A stretch of 64,000 nucleotides of DNA from assembly GCA_965153355.1 (NCBI GenBank), contig OZ231126.1, forward strand, positions 32,736,001 to 32,800,000, written 5' to 3'. The number at the start of each line of letters is the position of its first letter. Position 1 is the stretch's first letter. This DNA comes from Flaccisagitta enflata (Eukaryota). Made by a program: the position numbers and the translations under genes. Shown in pieces: positions 46,368-64,000 of this stretch. A model generated the notes under the pieces. That model searched no databases, was not told the origin of the DNA, and saw nothing but the letters and a program-made list of their open reading frames with translations.

Positions 46368-47130
46368 GCCTTTCTGTTGTGAGAGAAATGATGAATTTTC
46401 CTCATCTACTTGCCCTCAGCGAGAGACAGAGAACAACAAAGTCAAAGTTGGCGGCGTTGTTGCCATTTTCCCTTTAAAATTGATGACTCCCTTTGTGGAA
46501 TTGTCTTTTTAATGGCACAGTAGACATCTCAGACAATACAATAACAAGTACAACTTCATTGCCTTTACACGATTTCTCTTTTCTAATGAGATAACTTGCA
46601 AAAAGAAAAAATAATTGGAAAAAAGTCGAATTACGTAATTCGACTTTTTGAAACGTAGGGGAGAAATTGGGTTTTCCATTTTCGATTTGAGGAATTTGAG
46701 AAAGTTGAGCCATTTCCTGACTGAGATGACACATTTTTTGATATTCATAGCTAAGAAAGAGCTTATTTTCCTCTTTCAAATGGCGCCAACCAGAAGTCTC
46801 TACGATCATTAGTTTTGGCGCTATGAATTGTTTCTTTTTTTATTTTTTCGCATTTTTGCGAAAATTGAGATTTTTCATTGATCTTGTTTTTTGGCCCTAT
46901 GTAACAAGAGAGAAGAGTCAAGATGTTACACAAATTGACCCTAACTTTTATGACGCTAGCTTTTGCATTTTACTCTGCTTGAGAGAGAGAAAGAGAGAGA
47001 GAGAGAAAGAGAATAGAAAGGGAAAGAGAAAAAGAAAGACAAAGAGAGACACACACTCCCCCCAACACACACACATACACAAATTCATACACACATAGAG
47101 ACACAAAGAGAGAGAGAGATAAAGAGAAAG

Positions 47131-47343
<213 letters not shown>

Positions 47344-47346
47344 CAC

Positions 47347-47426
<80 letters not shown>

Positions 47427-48067
47427 AAAGACCAAGAAAGAGACGCAGAGAGACAGATTGAATGACAAAAACAGGAAGACAGTCAACCAGACATCATGAG
47501 ATGCACACAGAAGAAGATAAAAATGAAAAAAAAGACTGCCATTTACGACTTTTTTCCGGTCGGCGAGAGCCGCCTTTATTGGTAACAAAAAGAGAAAGAA
47601 AAGAGAAAAAAAAAAGACCAAACGAGACAAACTCCATAAACCATCTGAATCACCAAACATGGCGCCACTAATGAAAACAGCCTTCTCTAGACAGGCTTAT
47701 TAGTACGAACATAGCTATAAAATACAGATGGTGCCTACTGCAACACTCCTGTACCAATTCCCACTATTCTTCATTTTCCCCTGCCTATAAACGACCTGCG
47801 GTACATCGGTCTATCGGGACTGAAGCAGCACCAAAAAAAGAAATAACGGAAAGTGCCCGAGGGGCAACTTTCACCCGACTAGTCCCATTTTTCTTCATTT
47901 GCGTCTCCCCAGTGGTCTTATAGGGTGAATGATTTTTTTTCCTTTCAATATTAAAATCTAACATTATCCCATTCTCTCTATCGCACCCACCACTCTTTCT
48001 CTCTCTAACTATATCTTGTGTGGTTGTCAGTTCGGCGGTTTTTGTTTCTTTGTTTCCCCGATGGTTT

Positions 48068-48198
<131 letters not shown>

Positions 48199-49556
48199 TT
48201 CCCTCCCTCATTGATACTTGCTACTTTTACACCCACGAACAGAGCATCAATCTTTATTTTTAGAGACTGTTAGAGACCAAATTCCACCACGGAATCTTGT
48301 TCCATCCTCCCAGTCATCTTTGTTACATCCTCTTTATAAATAGTGAGTGTTTCGGTTGCCGTACCTCTTTGAACAAGGGTGATGAAGACAATGATATTAC
48401 TGTTACTATTACTATCACTATTTTTGATGATTTGATCACTTCCAAACACAGCGATGTTTTGCTCTCAAGGCTGTGGCTTTTGGGTGCTTCACATAGCAAA
48501 AGATGGGAGTATCCCTTCACCCTACTTGGGTAATGTCAAGGAGCGAAAATCATAAAGATGACCATTTTCTTTTTTTCAAAATTCCTTCATCTTCTGTTTT
48601 TGTTTTGGTCTTAAAGTTTCCACTGATTTCCCAGAATTCAGCAAAATCCTGTGTAATTTTGTTACAAAAAGAACAATGTGTTTTAAAAAATCATGATATA
48701 TGAAGAAAAAAGAATAAAATATCAGAACATAAGTTATGAAAGAGCAAAGAAACAGGCAGAATTGCAATTCGGTGAAGAGTAAAAAATTATGAAAACTAAT
48801 TCAAACAATGTCAGCATATTGTAATGTTGCCAATGATTTTATTCATTATTCATTATTGTAAAGCTGTCCAAAACCGATGAGGATTTCAGTAATCTAATCC
48901 TGAATAGGACCCACAGATATATCGATACTGAAAATATAGCGAATACAAAAAAATCAACTGTAATAATATTCGTACTTAAAACTCATTTACCCTTTATCTC
49001 CTCCGAGAAAGAAAGCAGATGGCACTTCTCCCACTCATACGAATCACCGTCAACGACTCTAAGTAAGTTGCGTGTCGCTTAGTGATTTCGTCGTTGCGCA
49101 CAAAGAAAATTTCAAAATAGTCGATTATCCAGAGGAGAGTGGGCTGTTAACATTGTGGTTGGGCAGGAAAAGCAATGGTCAAACAGCACGATTTCGTTCG
49201 ATTTCGCGTCTTTCAAAACATGGCCGGATACCCGGCAATTCAGTCGCGGACGGTTGGGCAGGAGCAGTGATGCGAAAACCGCTCGGAATTCAAAAATGTG
49301 ACGGACCGACGGACGGACGGGCCGACCGACCCACCAACCGACACGACAAGGTGTAGAGACGCATGTCCGCGACTAAAAATTTGATGTACCTTGCGACAGA
49401 CAGACGGACTGACTGAACTACGAATATATCTAGAAAGCGTCCTAAAAGGGTCACATCCAGATCCTTAAAAGGTGAAGCCTCGTTTGAAACAAAGGGCCAT
49501 TGTTAACAACGGCTCAAAAGTTTCACCGATTGATGAATCAATCAACAAAGTTGAAA

Positions 49557-55056
<5,500 letters not shown>

Positions 55057-55144
55057 AATTGGACAATGAAGAAATCGTATCGTATGGTATTTGCGGATTT
55101 AAAAAAAAAAGAAAATGTGAATACAACATGCAACAAACGTTTAT

Positions 55145-55150
55145 AAATAA
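55145..55150 (+). promoter_or_regulatory. Candidate polyadenylation signal of the protease gene
   Basis: AATAAA about 90 bp after the stop codon. Confidence 0.5.
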
Positions 55151-56077
55151 ACCTTGTATCGGTTGGTTGATCAACATGTGGAAGCAAATAACCATGCGAA
55201 TAAAAAAAACGCAGCTCTTAATTCAATAGTGAAACAGATAAATTCCTGTACAGTTATATTTAAAGATGTTTAAAAATTCTTTCATTCTAGACCAATCACC
55301 TTGGAAATAAGTATATGGACACCTTCAACTAAAGATATCACTGCTTCAAGAAAGGCTAGAAATGTTTTTAAAAATTGATCTTTGTCAAGCTATCTCCAGA
55401 ATGAATGCAATCTGGCTCTCATAGCTTTAACCGTTTAGAAATAGCAAGCAAAAGAATAAAGACATTCATTTTTTGAAAATATGAAAAAAATCAAGACTGA
55501 AGAAGTCAATTTTTTAGTGACAGTCTCTACATTGGAGATGATTCTAATCGGTTAGAGATGTATTGGCTTCTAGAAAAGCTAGAAACTTTTTTGAAAAAGG
55601 CAAATTATTCTCCATCAAAAAATCTTTAAAATGAGCATAATCTGGTTTCCGCAGCTTTAATTGTTTAGAAGTTACAAGCAAAACAATAAACCTATATCCA
55701 GAATGATTGGTTCAGCAAAGTTTGTTTAAGAGATATGAAACCAAATCATCCTGAACAAATTAAAAAGCTGTAAATAGCGTTTGAAATATAGAAAACTTGA
55801 ATCATCTGGCTCTTTTAGTATGATGTTTTGTAAATATCTGTCGTATTTTGTAAGTATCTATCCATTTCGTATTATTCATAAATGAGCAGATAAATGAAAT
55901 TCTGTAAATGCTGCTCCATCAAATTTTCAATGCTGATTTTAATAGTTTGAGCACTAACATAGTTAAATCTTTCAACGAACAATAGTATTCAATATTCAAT
56001 GATTCATAACTTGATTATTCAAAATTACTTTTATGATATGAACGAGTGAAAAGGCCATTTTCATTTTTGCAGCTGCA

Positions 56078-56157
56078 TTTTAGATCGAATGCATTAGGCC
56101 ATTATTCTTTGTTGAAACAATTATCGAAAACAAAATATTTGCAACTTTCGAACAACG

Positions 56158-56212
<55 letters not shown>

Positions 56213-56692
56213 TATAAACAATAAGGAATGCTAACACAGTGGCCAAAAGGTGAAAATTAAGAAAAAGGCAATACAATTGAAAAGTTAAAGAATAACACGC
56301 TACATTAAGACAACTGGAATAAAGCCTGGATCAATCTTTAATTTTTTAGGTGCGACAAAGCACCTCTATAACTGGCTGTGTCCGTCGGTCGGTCGGTTGG
56401 TTGGTCTGTCTCCGGGGTAACGCATTCGTTCGACGATCCACACGTCGCACCTTATTGGCCTACTTGGCCTTGTTTCTCATCGTGTGCTGATGATTGTCAG
56501 AGCTTTTTGCGTGTTGAATTCCTCTAATGTCAAGATTTTCTCCGCATCACGGAAGCGTTCCAATTCCTCGACAAGCGACGCCGGAACTTCGTCTCTCCGC
56601 CATTTGAAGCCGTTTTAGATCGAATGCATTAGGCCATTATTCTTTGTTGAAACAATTATCGAAAACAAAATATTTGCAACTTTCGAACAACG

Positions 56693-56779
<87 letters not shown>

Positions 56780-56791
56780 ACAAGATGCGCG

Positions 56792-56839
<48 letters not shown>

Positions 56840-57250
56840 ATATCAAATTATAAACAATAAGGAATGCTAACACAGTGGCCAAAAGGTGAAAATTAAGAAA
56901 AAGGCAATACAATTGAAAAGTTAAAGAATAACACGCTACATTAAGACAACTGGAATAAAGCCTGGATCAATCTTTAATTTTTTAGGTGCGACAAAGCACC
57001 TCTATAACTGGCTGTGTCCGTCGGTCGGTCGGTTGGTTGGTCTGTCTCCGGGGTAACGCATTCGTTCGACGATCCACACGTCGCACCTTATTGGCCTACT
57101 TGGCCTTGTTTCTCATCGTGTACTGATGATTGTCAGAGCTTTTTGCGCGTTGAATTCCTCTAATGTCAAGATTTTCTCCGCATCACGGAAGCGTTCCAAT
57201 TCCTCGACAAGCGACGCCGGAACTTCGTCTCTCCGCCATTCGAAGCCGTT
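56078..57250. repeat. Tandem duplication (56078-56614 and 56613-57250) covering the 3' end and downstream flank of the VHL-like gene
   Basis: Both copies start TTTTAGATCGAATGCATTAGGCC and end CTCCGCCATT(T/C)GAAGCCGTT; they differ in microsatellite content and a few substitutions. Confidence 0.9.
56477..56614 (-). pseudogene. Duplicated last approximately 45 codons of the VHL-like ORF
   Basis: Copy of 57113-57250 with 3 substitutions seen; it has no start codon of its own. Confidence 0.8.
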
Positions 57251-58135
57251 GGGGCGTCGAAGTCTTCTCAACAACCTCGTCGACAACGACTTCAACGAGG
57301 AAGCTTCGACGCGCAACTCGACTCGGAAAAATCCAGATGATCTCGGCCAAGTGGGGGCAAAAAAGACCGTCGACGAAGCGTTGGAGAAGTCGTTATCGAA
57401 GGTAATGGAGTCGTCTTGAAGACCGTCTCCCTCCGACGGCCTTTCACGCCCTTCTTCATCTGGTCTCACTCTCCAAGAAATGGCCATCCTCTCTGCGTCT
57501 TCATCGACAAACATCCAAGGACAACCAACTCGTGTTCGCACGCAGACATTCGACCACGCACGCACTCGGCCCATGCAGACGCGCACGCCATCTTCGTTGT
57601 AAGTAAACATGGTGCCAGTTTGAGAAGATCGGTTGAAGAATTGGACGTGAGAGAGCGCTTCGTGCGGTTGCGAGGCCCTTAGATGACGTCCTTGAAAATG
57701 GCCATCAATTGGATGAGGACTCGAGTATTCATCGAGGATAATATTGATGGCCGCGGATATCTGCGCAGACGTGGAAGAAGAAGTGTTTTTGGCCGTTCTT
57801 GTCGACATCATGGATGAATGAAGAGTCAGTCTCGGTGACAGATGAGATGGTTGACGCGAGCTGCTCGTCGACTCGCAATTGACCAAATGAAATCGTGCAA
57901 AAGCCATTTTCCCATCGCCGGTCCAAAATCGAAGGCTGCTTCCTAAAGGCTTGGATCCAGAGAGAGATGATTTGGCGGCGATTTCGATGCTATGAAGCGA
58001 TGGTTTTTGATGCTTTTGAGTAGTTAGGATTGTGTCCTCAGAACTTGCATGAATGTTTTCCGAGTCAAAGACGAAAATGGAAACGTCGGAGAGATTTGTG
58101 AATGTGACTTCAATGGTTGTGAGATGGGAATCCAT
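57113..58135 (-). CDS. Divergent VHL-like protein (beta domain plus VHL box), 340 aa, intronless
   Basis: HLRASQPHEALSHVQFFNRSSQTGTMFTYNEDG...TRVGCPWMFVD aligns by eye with pVHL [25 protein letters not shown]...SYRGHLWLFRD, gap-free over the VQFFNRS...WMFVD core; C-terminal SLKSLSTRLLRRL...EVPASLVEEL resembles TLKERCLQVVRSL...DIVRSLYEDL. Confidence 0.75.
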   Translation of the reverse strand: MDSHLTTIEVTFTNLSDVSIFVFDSENIHASSEDTILTTQKHQKPSLHSIEIAAKSSLSGSKPLGSSLRFWTGDGKMAFARFHLVNCESTSSSRQPSHLSPRLTLHSSMMSTRTAKNTSSSTSAQISAAINIILDEYSSPHPIDGHFQGRHLRASQPHEALSHVQFFNRSSQTGTMFTYNEDGVRVCMGRVRAWSNVCVRTRVGCPWMFVDEDAERMAISWRVRPDEEGRERPSEGDGLQDDSITFDNDFSNASSTVFFAPTWPRSSGFFRVELRVEASSLKSLSTRLLRRLRRPNGFEWRRDEVPASLVEELERFRDAEKILTLEEFNAQKALTIISTR

Positions 58136-58400
58136 GTTTTGTTCTTTATGATTGTTTGTGTATCTATGAACTTTGTTTTGTTTTATATTTAGATAACTGC
58201 GATGTGGGAAGTATTTGTTCCAATAATTTGTTATCTGTAAGGAGAAAAAAAAATAGTAAATGTGATTTAAAGTGAGAATTGTACATGGAAAATCACTGGA
58301 CCTGGCATTTTCTTCACAACAGGGAATGGGTATGTAGGTTCCATGAAAAAGGGTTGTGGGGGAATGATGTGTGAAATGCTATATTTACAAATTAAGCCTA

Positions 58401-60386
58401 CTATTTAACCAGAGGCAAAACTCTGTCAATCTCAGTCTTCTCGACACAAACTTTCTCTTGCAATTTTCGTGGCAAGTTGGAAATATCGATTCCTTGTTTG
58501 ACAATCTCCTTCAAACAAAGAGTCTGCAACGTTGGGCGAAAATCAAAGATCCTAAAATCCGAATAAATCAGTTGAACGTTGTCTTTATCGACGCTGGCGT
58601 TAACGTCGACAGATGTGCGCCAAATATCGAACAGAAACACTTGTCCGCCGACCACTGCGAAGCTTCGGCTCCGTGGGACCAACACATTGACTGGACCTCT
58701 TGATGATGGGACAGTCCTGTTAGAGGTTGAAGCGTGACTCTTCCTGTCAGCTTTTAACAGACCGATTTCAGTGTCACCATCTTGGTTCATGACTCCATGA
58801 TTTACATTTGAGGCGTTTAATCGGTCCGCGCTATTTGACTTCTTTGAGGCGCTTTCGCTTCTCGTCTGCTGTGAAAATCTGCTCCAAACTATGCTCCACT
58901 CGAAACATCTCGGGTTGAGACGCCACATCACTTGGAATGCATTGTCGCTTTTTCGGTCGCAAGACCCGAGAACGGCGTAAATTTGATCTTCGTAAATGAA
59001 TGTCGCAAGTGGACGTTGACTCGATGGTCGCTTCCCGGTCGTTTTCGTTTGTGTCCAGTGGTTGATTCGCCTGAGAAGGAAATATTGATGGACTAATTTG
59101 CATAATGCTGTGATCGTTTTCACTGTCATATTGATAGAAATATGCATGACCTTCCATACATATAACGTTAACAAAAAACTTGATAATATCAGCTTCAAAT
59201 ATAAGGGGAAGGCTTATTGCCAAGCACAGTACATTTTACGTGTTCATCAGGCTTGAAATTGATTGGATCTTATTTCTAAATCACATTTCCCGTCGCATTC
59301 ATTAATGCTGGAAAAATTGGTAGTTTTCCTCCCTTGGTCTTAGCTAATGAAGCTGGGCACAAGGTTGATACTACCTTAGTGCTTAATGTTAGGCATTGTT
59401 AGCACTTCATGGCTTCTCCATCCGACGTCTAGGAGAATATCAGACTTGATACAAAAACGTCCTGATACTTCAAGTAAAACTTTCCGCCCTTCTCTTTCGT
59501 ATTGAGATCTTGTTGGCGGTGTAGCCATTCAGGAGCATAAGGTGAGAGGCTAGTGAGGTGATTGACTACGTCAGTGTGGGGTGTCAGTTGTTAATTGCTA
59601 CCTGAATGGACGCCGACGAGAATTCGACGTCTTACTACTAACTACTTACGTGTCGAGAACGTAGACGCGATCGTAGCAATTGCCAACAATGCTAACTCTA
59701 TCTCCGACGAGATTCGCCTCCTGGCACCCGAAGAGAATCATGAATCGGTCTTCCAACGCGCAAACGGAATGAAAGGCGACTCCTCCAATCGGTTTCCCGG
59801 GCGAGTCTCCAGTCGTAGTCAACAGATTCCAAGTCATAGACAAAAAACAAAGTCTGTAGACTCGAGACCGCCGATGATTCGGCGTTTTGCCGCGGAAGAC
59901 GTACATCGCGTCTCCGATGACGCACGCTGATTGGCCGGATCCCATCGGCGGCGGAACGTCAACGCCGGTTACTTCCGGTCGCGACCAAGAATTGGTTTTA
60001 GGATCGAATCGGAATAAAATTGTACAGAATTCGCCGTTAGCTAGGCGACCGCCGAAAAGATACGCTTGACCACGCCACGAAACGCAGACGTGACCGATTC
60101 TTGCCCGGGGATGAGTCATGGCTTGCGCTGGCTGGTTGTTGCTGTTGTTGTTGTTGTTGTTGCTGTTGATGTTACTCAGAGGCGCGGAGACGACGCGCCA
60201 GATTAGCGAAGAGGGATCCAAAACATAAACGTTCAAAAACCGATTCTGTCTACGATGATTCAAAATATCGTCAACCGTGACATCGCCGCCGAAAGAATAA
60301 ACTTTTCCCTCGAGGACGACCGAAGGGTGGAATTCTTGGCGTGGATTTCCTAAGGAAGATCCAAATTGTTTTGAAGAACGCCACAT
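58401..60386 (-). CDS. Kelch-domain protein, KLHDC3-like, with C-terminal BC/Cul2 box, 468 aa; exons 60386-59650 and 59070-58401
   Basis: KVYSFGG, HPRARIGH..AYLFGG, LFRFDPKTNSWSRPEVTG and GQSACVIGDAMYVF repeats; phase-2 intron AC|GTAAGT...TTCTCAG|G; tail SDFRIFDFRPTLQTLCLKEIVKQGIDISNLP resembles KLHDC3 SDLHILDFSPSLKTLCKLAVIQYNLDQSCLP. Confidence 0.85.
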
Positions 60387-60764
60387 AATTAATGATTTGA
60401 TTTAGCCACGAAGAAGAACGATGAAATTTGCGTGGGTCACAATTTAAAAGTTCGCAATGTTCAGGATCATAAGATGTATGAGAAATGAATTATTGTGGAG
60501 GCAGAGCGAAAATAAGAAGTGTGAAGAAGGATTAAAAAAAAAACGCTTTTTACCCTCTTCGAAGACAATCTGATTGCTAGTGGATTTATTCCCGCGAAAT
60601 AGACTCATGTCGCCAACTGTCAATTGACGAGTGGAGAGGAGAAATTCCATTGTTCGTCAACTCACCGAGTATTCGGGATCTCATGGTGAAACTTGATTTC
60701 GACCCGAGGAAGAATTGATGGATTAGGAGAGACGAAGAATCAACACTGACCGAAAAAGACAGAG

Positions 60765-61260
60765 AGACAGAAAGACAAAAAGACAGTTATAGTTTGAAAG
60801 AGAGACAGAGAAAGAGAAACAGAAGGACGGGAACACAGGGAGATAGACAAACAGAAACACAAATAGACAGAAAGAATAAGAGAACACAGGAAGACAGCGA
60901 GAAAGAGGAAAGACAGAAATACTGAAAAAGATTGACAAAAAGACAAAAAGACAGTTATAGTTAAAAAGATAGTCAGAGAAAGAGAAACAGAAGGACGGGA
61001 ACACAGAGAGATAGACAAACAGAAAGACAAATAGACAGAAAGAATAGAGACTGAGGTAGAGATCAAGTAAGACAGTGACACAGGAAGACAGCAAGAAGGA
61101 GAGAAAGCGAGAAAGACAGAAATATTGAATAAGAATGACAAAAAGACGAAAAGATAGAAAGACAAAAAGACAACGAGACAAAGAGACAAAAAGACAAAAA
61201 GATAAAAGACAAAAAGACAAAGAGACTTAAAGACAAAAAGATAAAAAGCGAAAAGACAAA
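60765..61260. repeat. Purine-rich degenerate repeat with an internal duplication of about 175 bp and (AAAAGACA)n
   Basis: AAAGACAGTTATAGTT...AGAAAGAGAAACAGAAGGACGGGAACACAG occurs twice. Confidence 0.7.
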
Positions 61261-64000
61261 ATGACCTGAGGGGAAATTTTTAGCATGATTTGAATGAATG
61301 GATGTACCAAGATATTTTTCATTTCTTACTTTGCATGAAAAACGCTCATTTACATATCGTCGTCTTTCTTTAACTCTGCGTCAAAAAGACCTTTAATCAA
61401 GCGCAAACAGTTTTGCACACATGTTGTTTCTCGCAGCATATCATACATTGATACGAAAGTAGGACACCAAAGTAGATACCAAAGTAGGACAACCTAGATT
61501 TGCAGGAGGGAGGAAATGGCTTATTTCATGGCTAGGCACGATGCCGAAAGGTTCAGAATGTTTATGAAGTCAAATGAAAACAACTCAATGTTGCGTTGAC
61601 GTGATTTTGGTGAAAATAGAGTGCGCTTATATTCTAAAGAACGGCAGAGGAGCCGTCCCGCTACCTCGGTCGCCAAATGAAGTGGGGGCCAAGTATCTAA
61701 AGGAACCCCAAAAAGTATCCAGAAAGTATCTAGAATTTTTTCGCTAGTATCTAGATTAGTCGGGAAAAAAGTCGAAGTCAGTCTTCGACTTTTTGACATA
61801 TTCGAGAGAAACAGGGTTTTCATTTTCTTATGCGAAAGTTGGGGAACTCATCCGGCTGATTGAGGCCTCCAATGAAATTTATAGGGTAAGTAAATTTGAT
61901 AATTCTCTTTCATTTGGCGCCAAGCAGAATGCTCTACGACAAATATTTTTTGCGCTATGAATTTTTAAAGATTTATTTACGAAAAATTCGAATGGAATTT
62001 TTTTCGATTTTTTTATATTTTGTTTAGGATCAATAAAGGAGTGAATTTATGTTTACCTGAGCATGCAAATACATAAAAAATGTTTTTGAGCACGGCTGCT
62101 CATCTCTGAGGGCGTTTTTGAGCATTTTAGCTCATTTAGCTCACTTAGCTCAATCTATTTTTTCTGATTTCAAATACGATAAATGAATAAACATTTTCAT
62201 GCTTGTTTAAGCATGCAAATTAAAAAAACATGTCAGTGAGCAGAGCTGCTCACCTGTGAGGTGTTTTTAAGTATTCTAGCTCATTCAGCTCATTTAGCTT
62301 GCCCTTTTTCTCTGATTTAAAATAGGATAAATAAATGAATGTTTTGATTTAAGCATGCAAATACAAGAAAGCATATCAGTGAGGAAAGCTGGTTGTCTGG
62401 TTGAATCATTTTGAATACTTTAGCTCATCTAGCTCATTTGGCTCAGTTCTATTTTTCTCTGATTTTCAGTGCAATCAATACATACAATTGCTTTTGATTT
62501 GATCTAACAGAAAAAAAGAAAAAATTTGGTGACTGAAATCAAAAGCATGGTGAAAAGTGACCAATGCTTACGACTTTTTTCCTCACGGCGACAGCCGCCA
62601 TTACTGGTATCTAGATGAGGTTTTATTAAAAAAATCAATCTGAATAATGATATTTGTCAAAAAACACATTTGGGTGATATAAATAGACTGATTAATGTAG
62701 AAGATAGTGCAACTCTTGAGCTCATAACTCTTTAAATCAATAATGCAAAGAGGTTTTGAGAAAAGATTGCCATAGAAAACTTATGAAGTCAAGTTGGCTT
62801 GTAACAGCAGGGATTATCTTGCACATCATAGTTTCATAGCCATATGATTATTTTGCTCATGACCCCTAATCTCTTCATCTCCCAATGAAAAAGTACAGGA
62901 AGTATTTTATCCCCAACATTGCCTTTATTTTATAACAAAAAGTGAGGTAAGCAGCGCTCACAAGTGATATCAATCAAAAAGCAAAAAAAAGCACACCTTA
63001 ATATACAAAGCTAATCCCTACAGGTACCACTTGATTTGGTACATTTAGAACTAAAAATTGAACTAGAAAGATTAGAAATAATAGAGATATTTTGTAATGG
63101 CTGTTTTCATAGACCTAATACACTCCCCCCAGTTGCAGACAGGTGGGCTAAGGCAGTGTATTAACAAGGCTGGTTACACAGCTACCCCAGTTGCGTGTGG
63201 GTAGGCAGGAGCAGTGAAAGAAAAGGTCATCGGAGCATTTGGGCAGGAGGGGTTAGCACAAAAAGCTCAAAAACGCCAAAAGAATAAAAAGGGGGTCGAC
63301 CAACCAACCAACCGATGGATAAACAAACAATACAAGGTGGAGTTGCAAAGCATGCAACTAAAAAACTGCTCACATTTTAAAAAAGTTTCTAACAAATAAA
63401 CAGATGGACAGACAGATAGACCAATATAGGAAGTTCTAGAGTTGTGTGTCCGACACTAAAGACATTGTTTATGATGCTATGAGAAATCTGGGGCCTCTTT
63501 AGGAAAACTATGAAGGCGATGAAGGCTTAAGGAAAACTATGAAGGCAAAATATTGTCTAGGACACAGTTATTTTATGACATTCATGGTTTAGTGAGAGCA
63601 TCTTGAATTGATTAAAAAACAATATTGGATGCTTGGCCGGTAAGCATGGGCAAAGGCAATATGACCTTTAAAAAATTCTATAGCCAAATTTGCATCATCC
63701 AAAAAATCAAGCAACTGACTCACAAACATATGAACGTTTATATCGGGTATACATATGCTTACCCAAGATAAAAAATTCACTTTCTTAGCCCAGATTTATG
63801 TCCATTACCTTTAAAAAAGTAGCTGAGCATGTTTAAAAAATATTTCAAAGCCACCATTTCAAGTATCCAGATTTGAGCTGAAGTATCTAAATTTTTCTCC
63901 CAAAAGTATCCAGATTAGTAGCCAGGATCCAGATGCCTTTTCAGGTATCTAGGCACCCTTAAAAAGTATCCAGATCTGGATCCCAAGTATCTAGTTTGGC

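Noticed and set aside
59071-59198. Hydrophobic N-terminus of the 265-aa ORF suggesting a separate secreted protein
   Set aside because: It is intron sequence upstream of the acceptor at 59070; the remainder is exon 2 of the Kelch gene

Overview
This is repeat-rich eukaryotic DNA, most likely from an invertebrate animal (spliceosomal GT-AG introns, abundant microsatellites, MITEs and DINE/HINE-like elements). Almost all short ORFs in the track are microsatellite artefacts. Three host genes can be built by hand, all in the last 15 kb. (1) A 9-exon secreted S1A serine protease with an intact His/Asp/Ser triad, joined by a Gly-rich linker to a C-terminal chitin-binding (peritrophin-A/CBM14) domain (49557-55056, +). 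(2) A 2-exon KLHDC3-like Kelch protein with a C-terminal BC/Cul2 box (58401-60386, -). (3) An intronless, divergent VHL-like protein (57113-58135, -) starting only 265 bp downstream of the Kelch stop codon. The two Cullin-2 substrate-receptor genes lie head-to-tail with a strong splice acceptor and no canonical poly(A) signal between them, so a fused or dicistronic transcript is possible. A young 4.2-kb LTR-flanked element (7854-12026; 333-bp LTRs, CTCT target duplication) carries no recognisable pol but has a 2.3-kb uninterrupted ORF of unknown family. All family assignments come from motifs recognised by eye; no searches were run.
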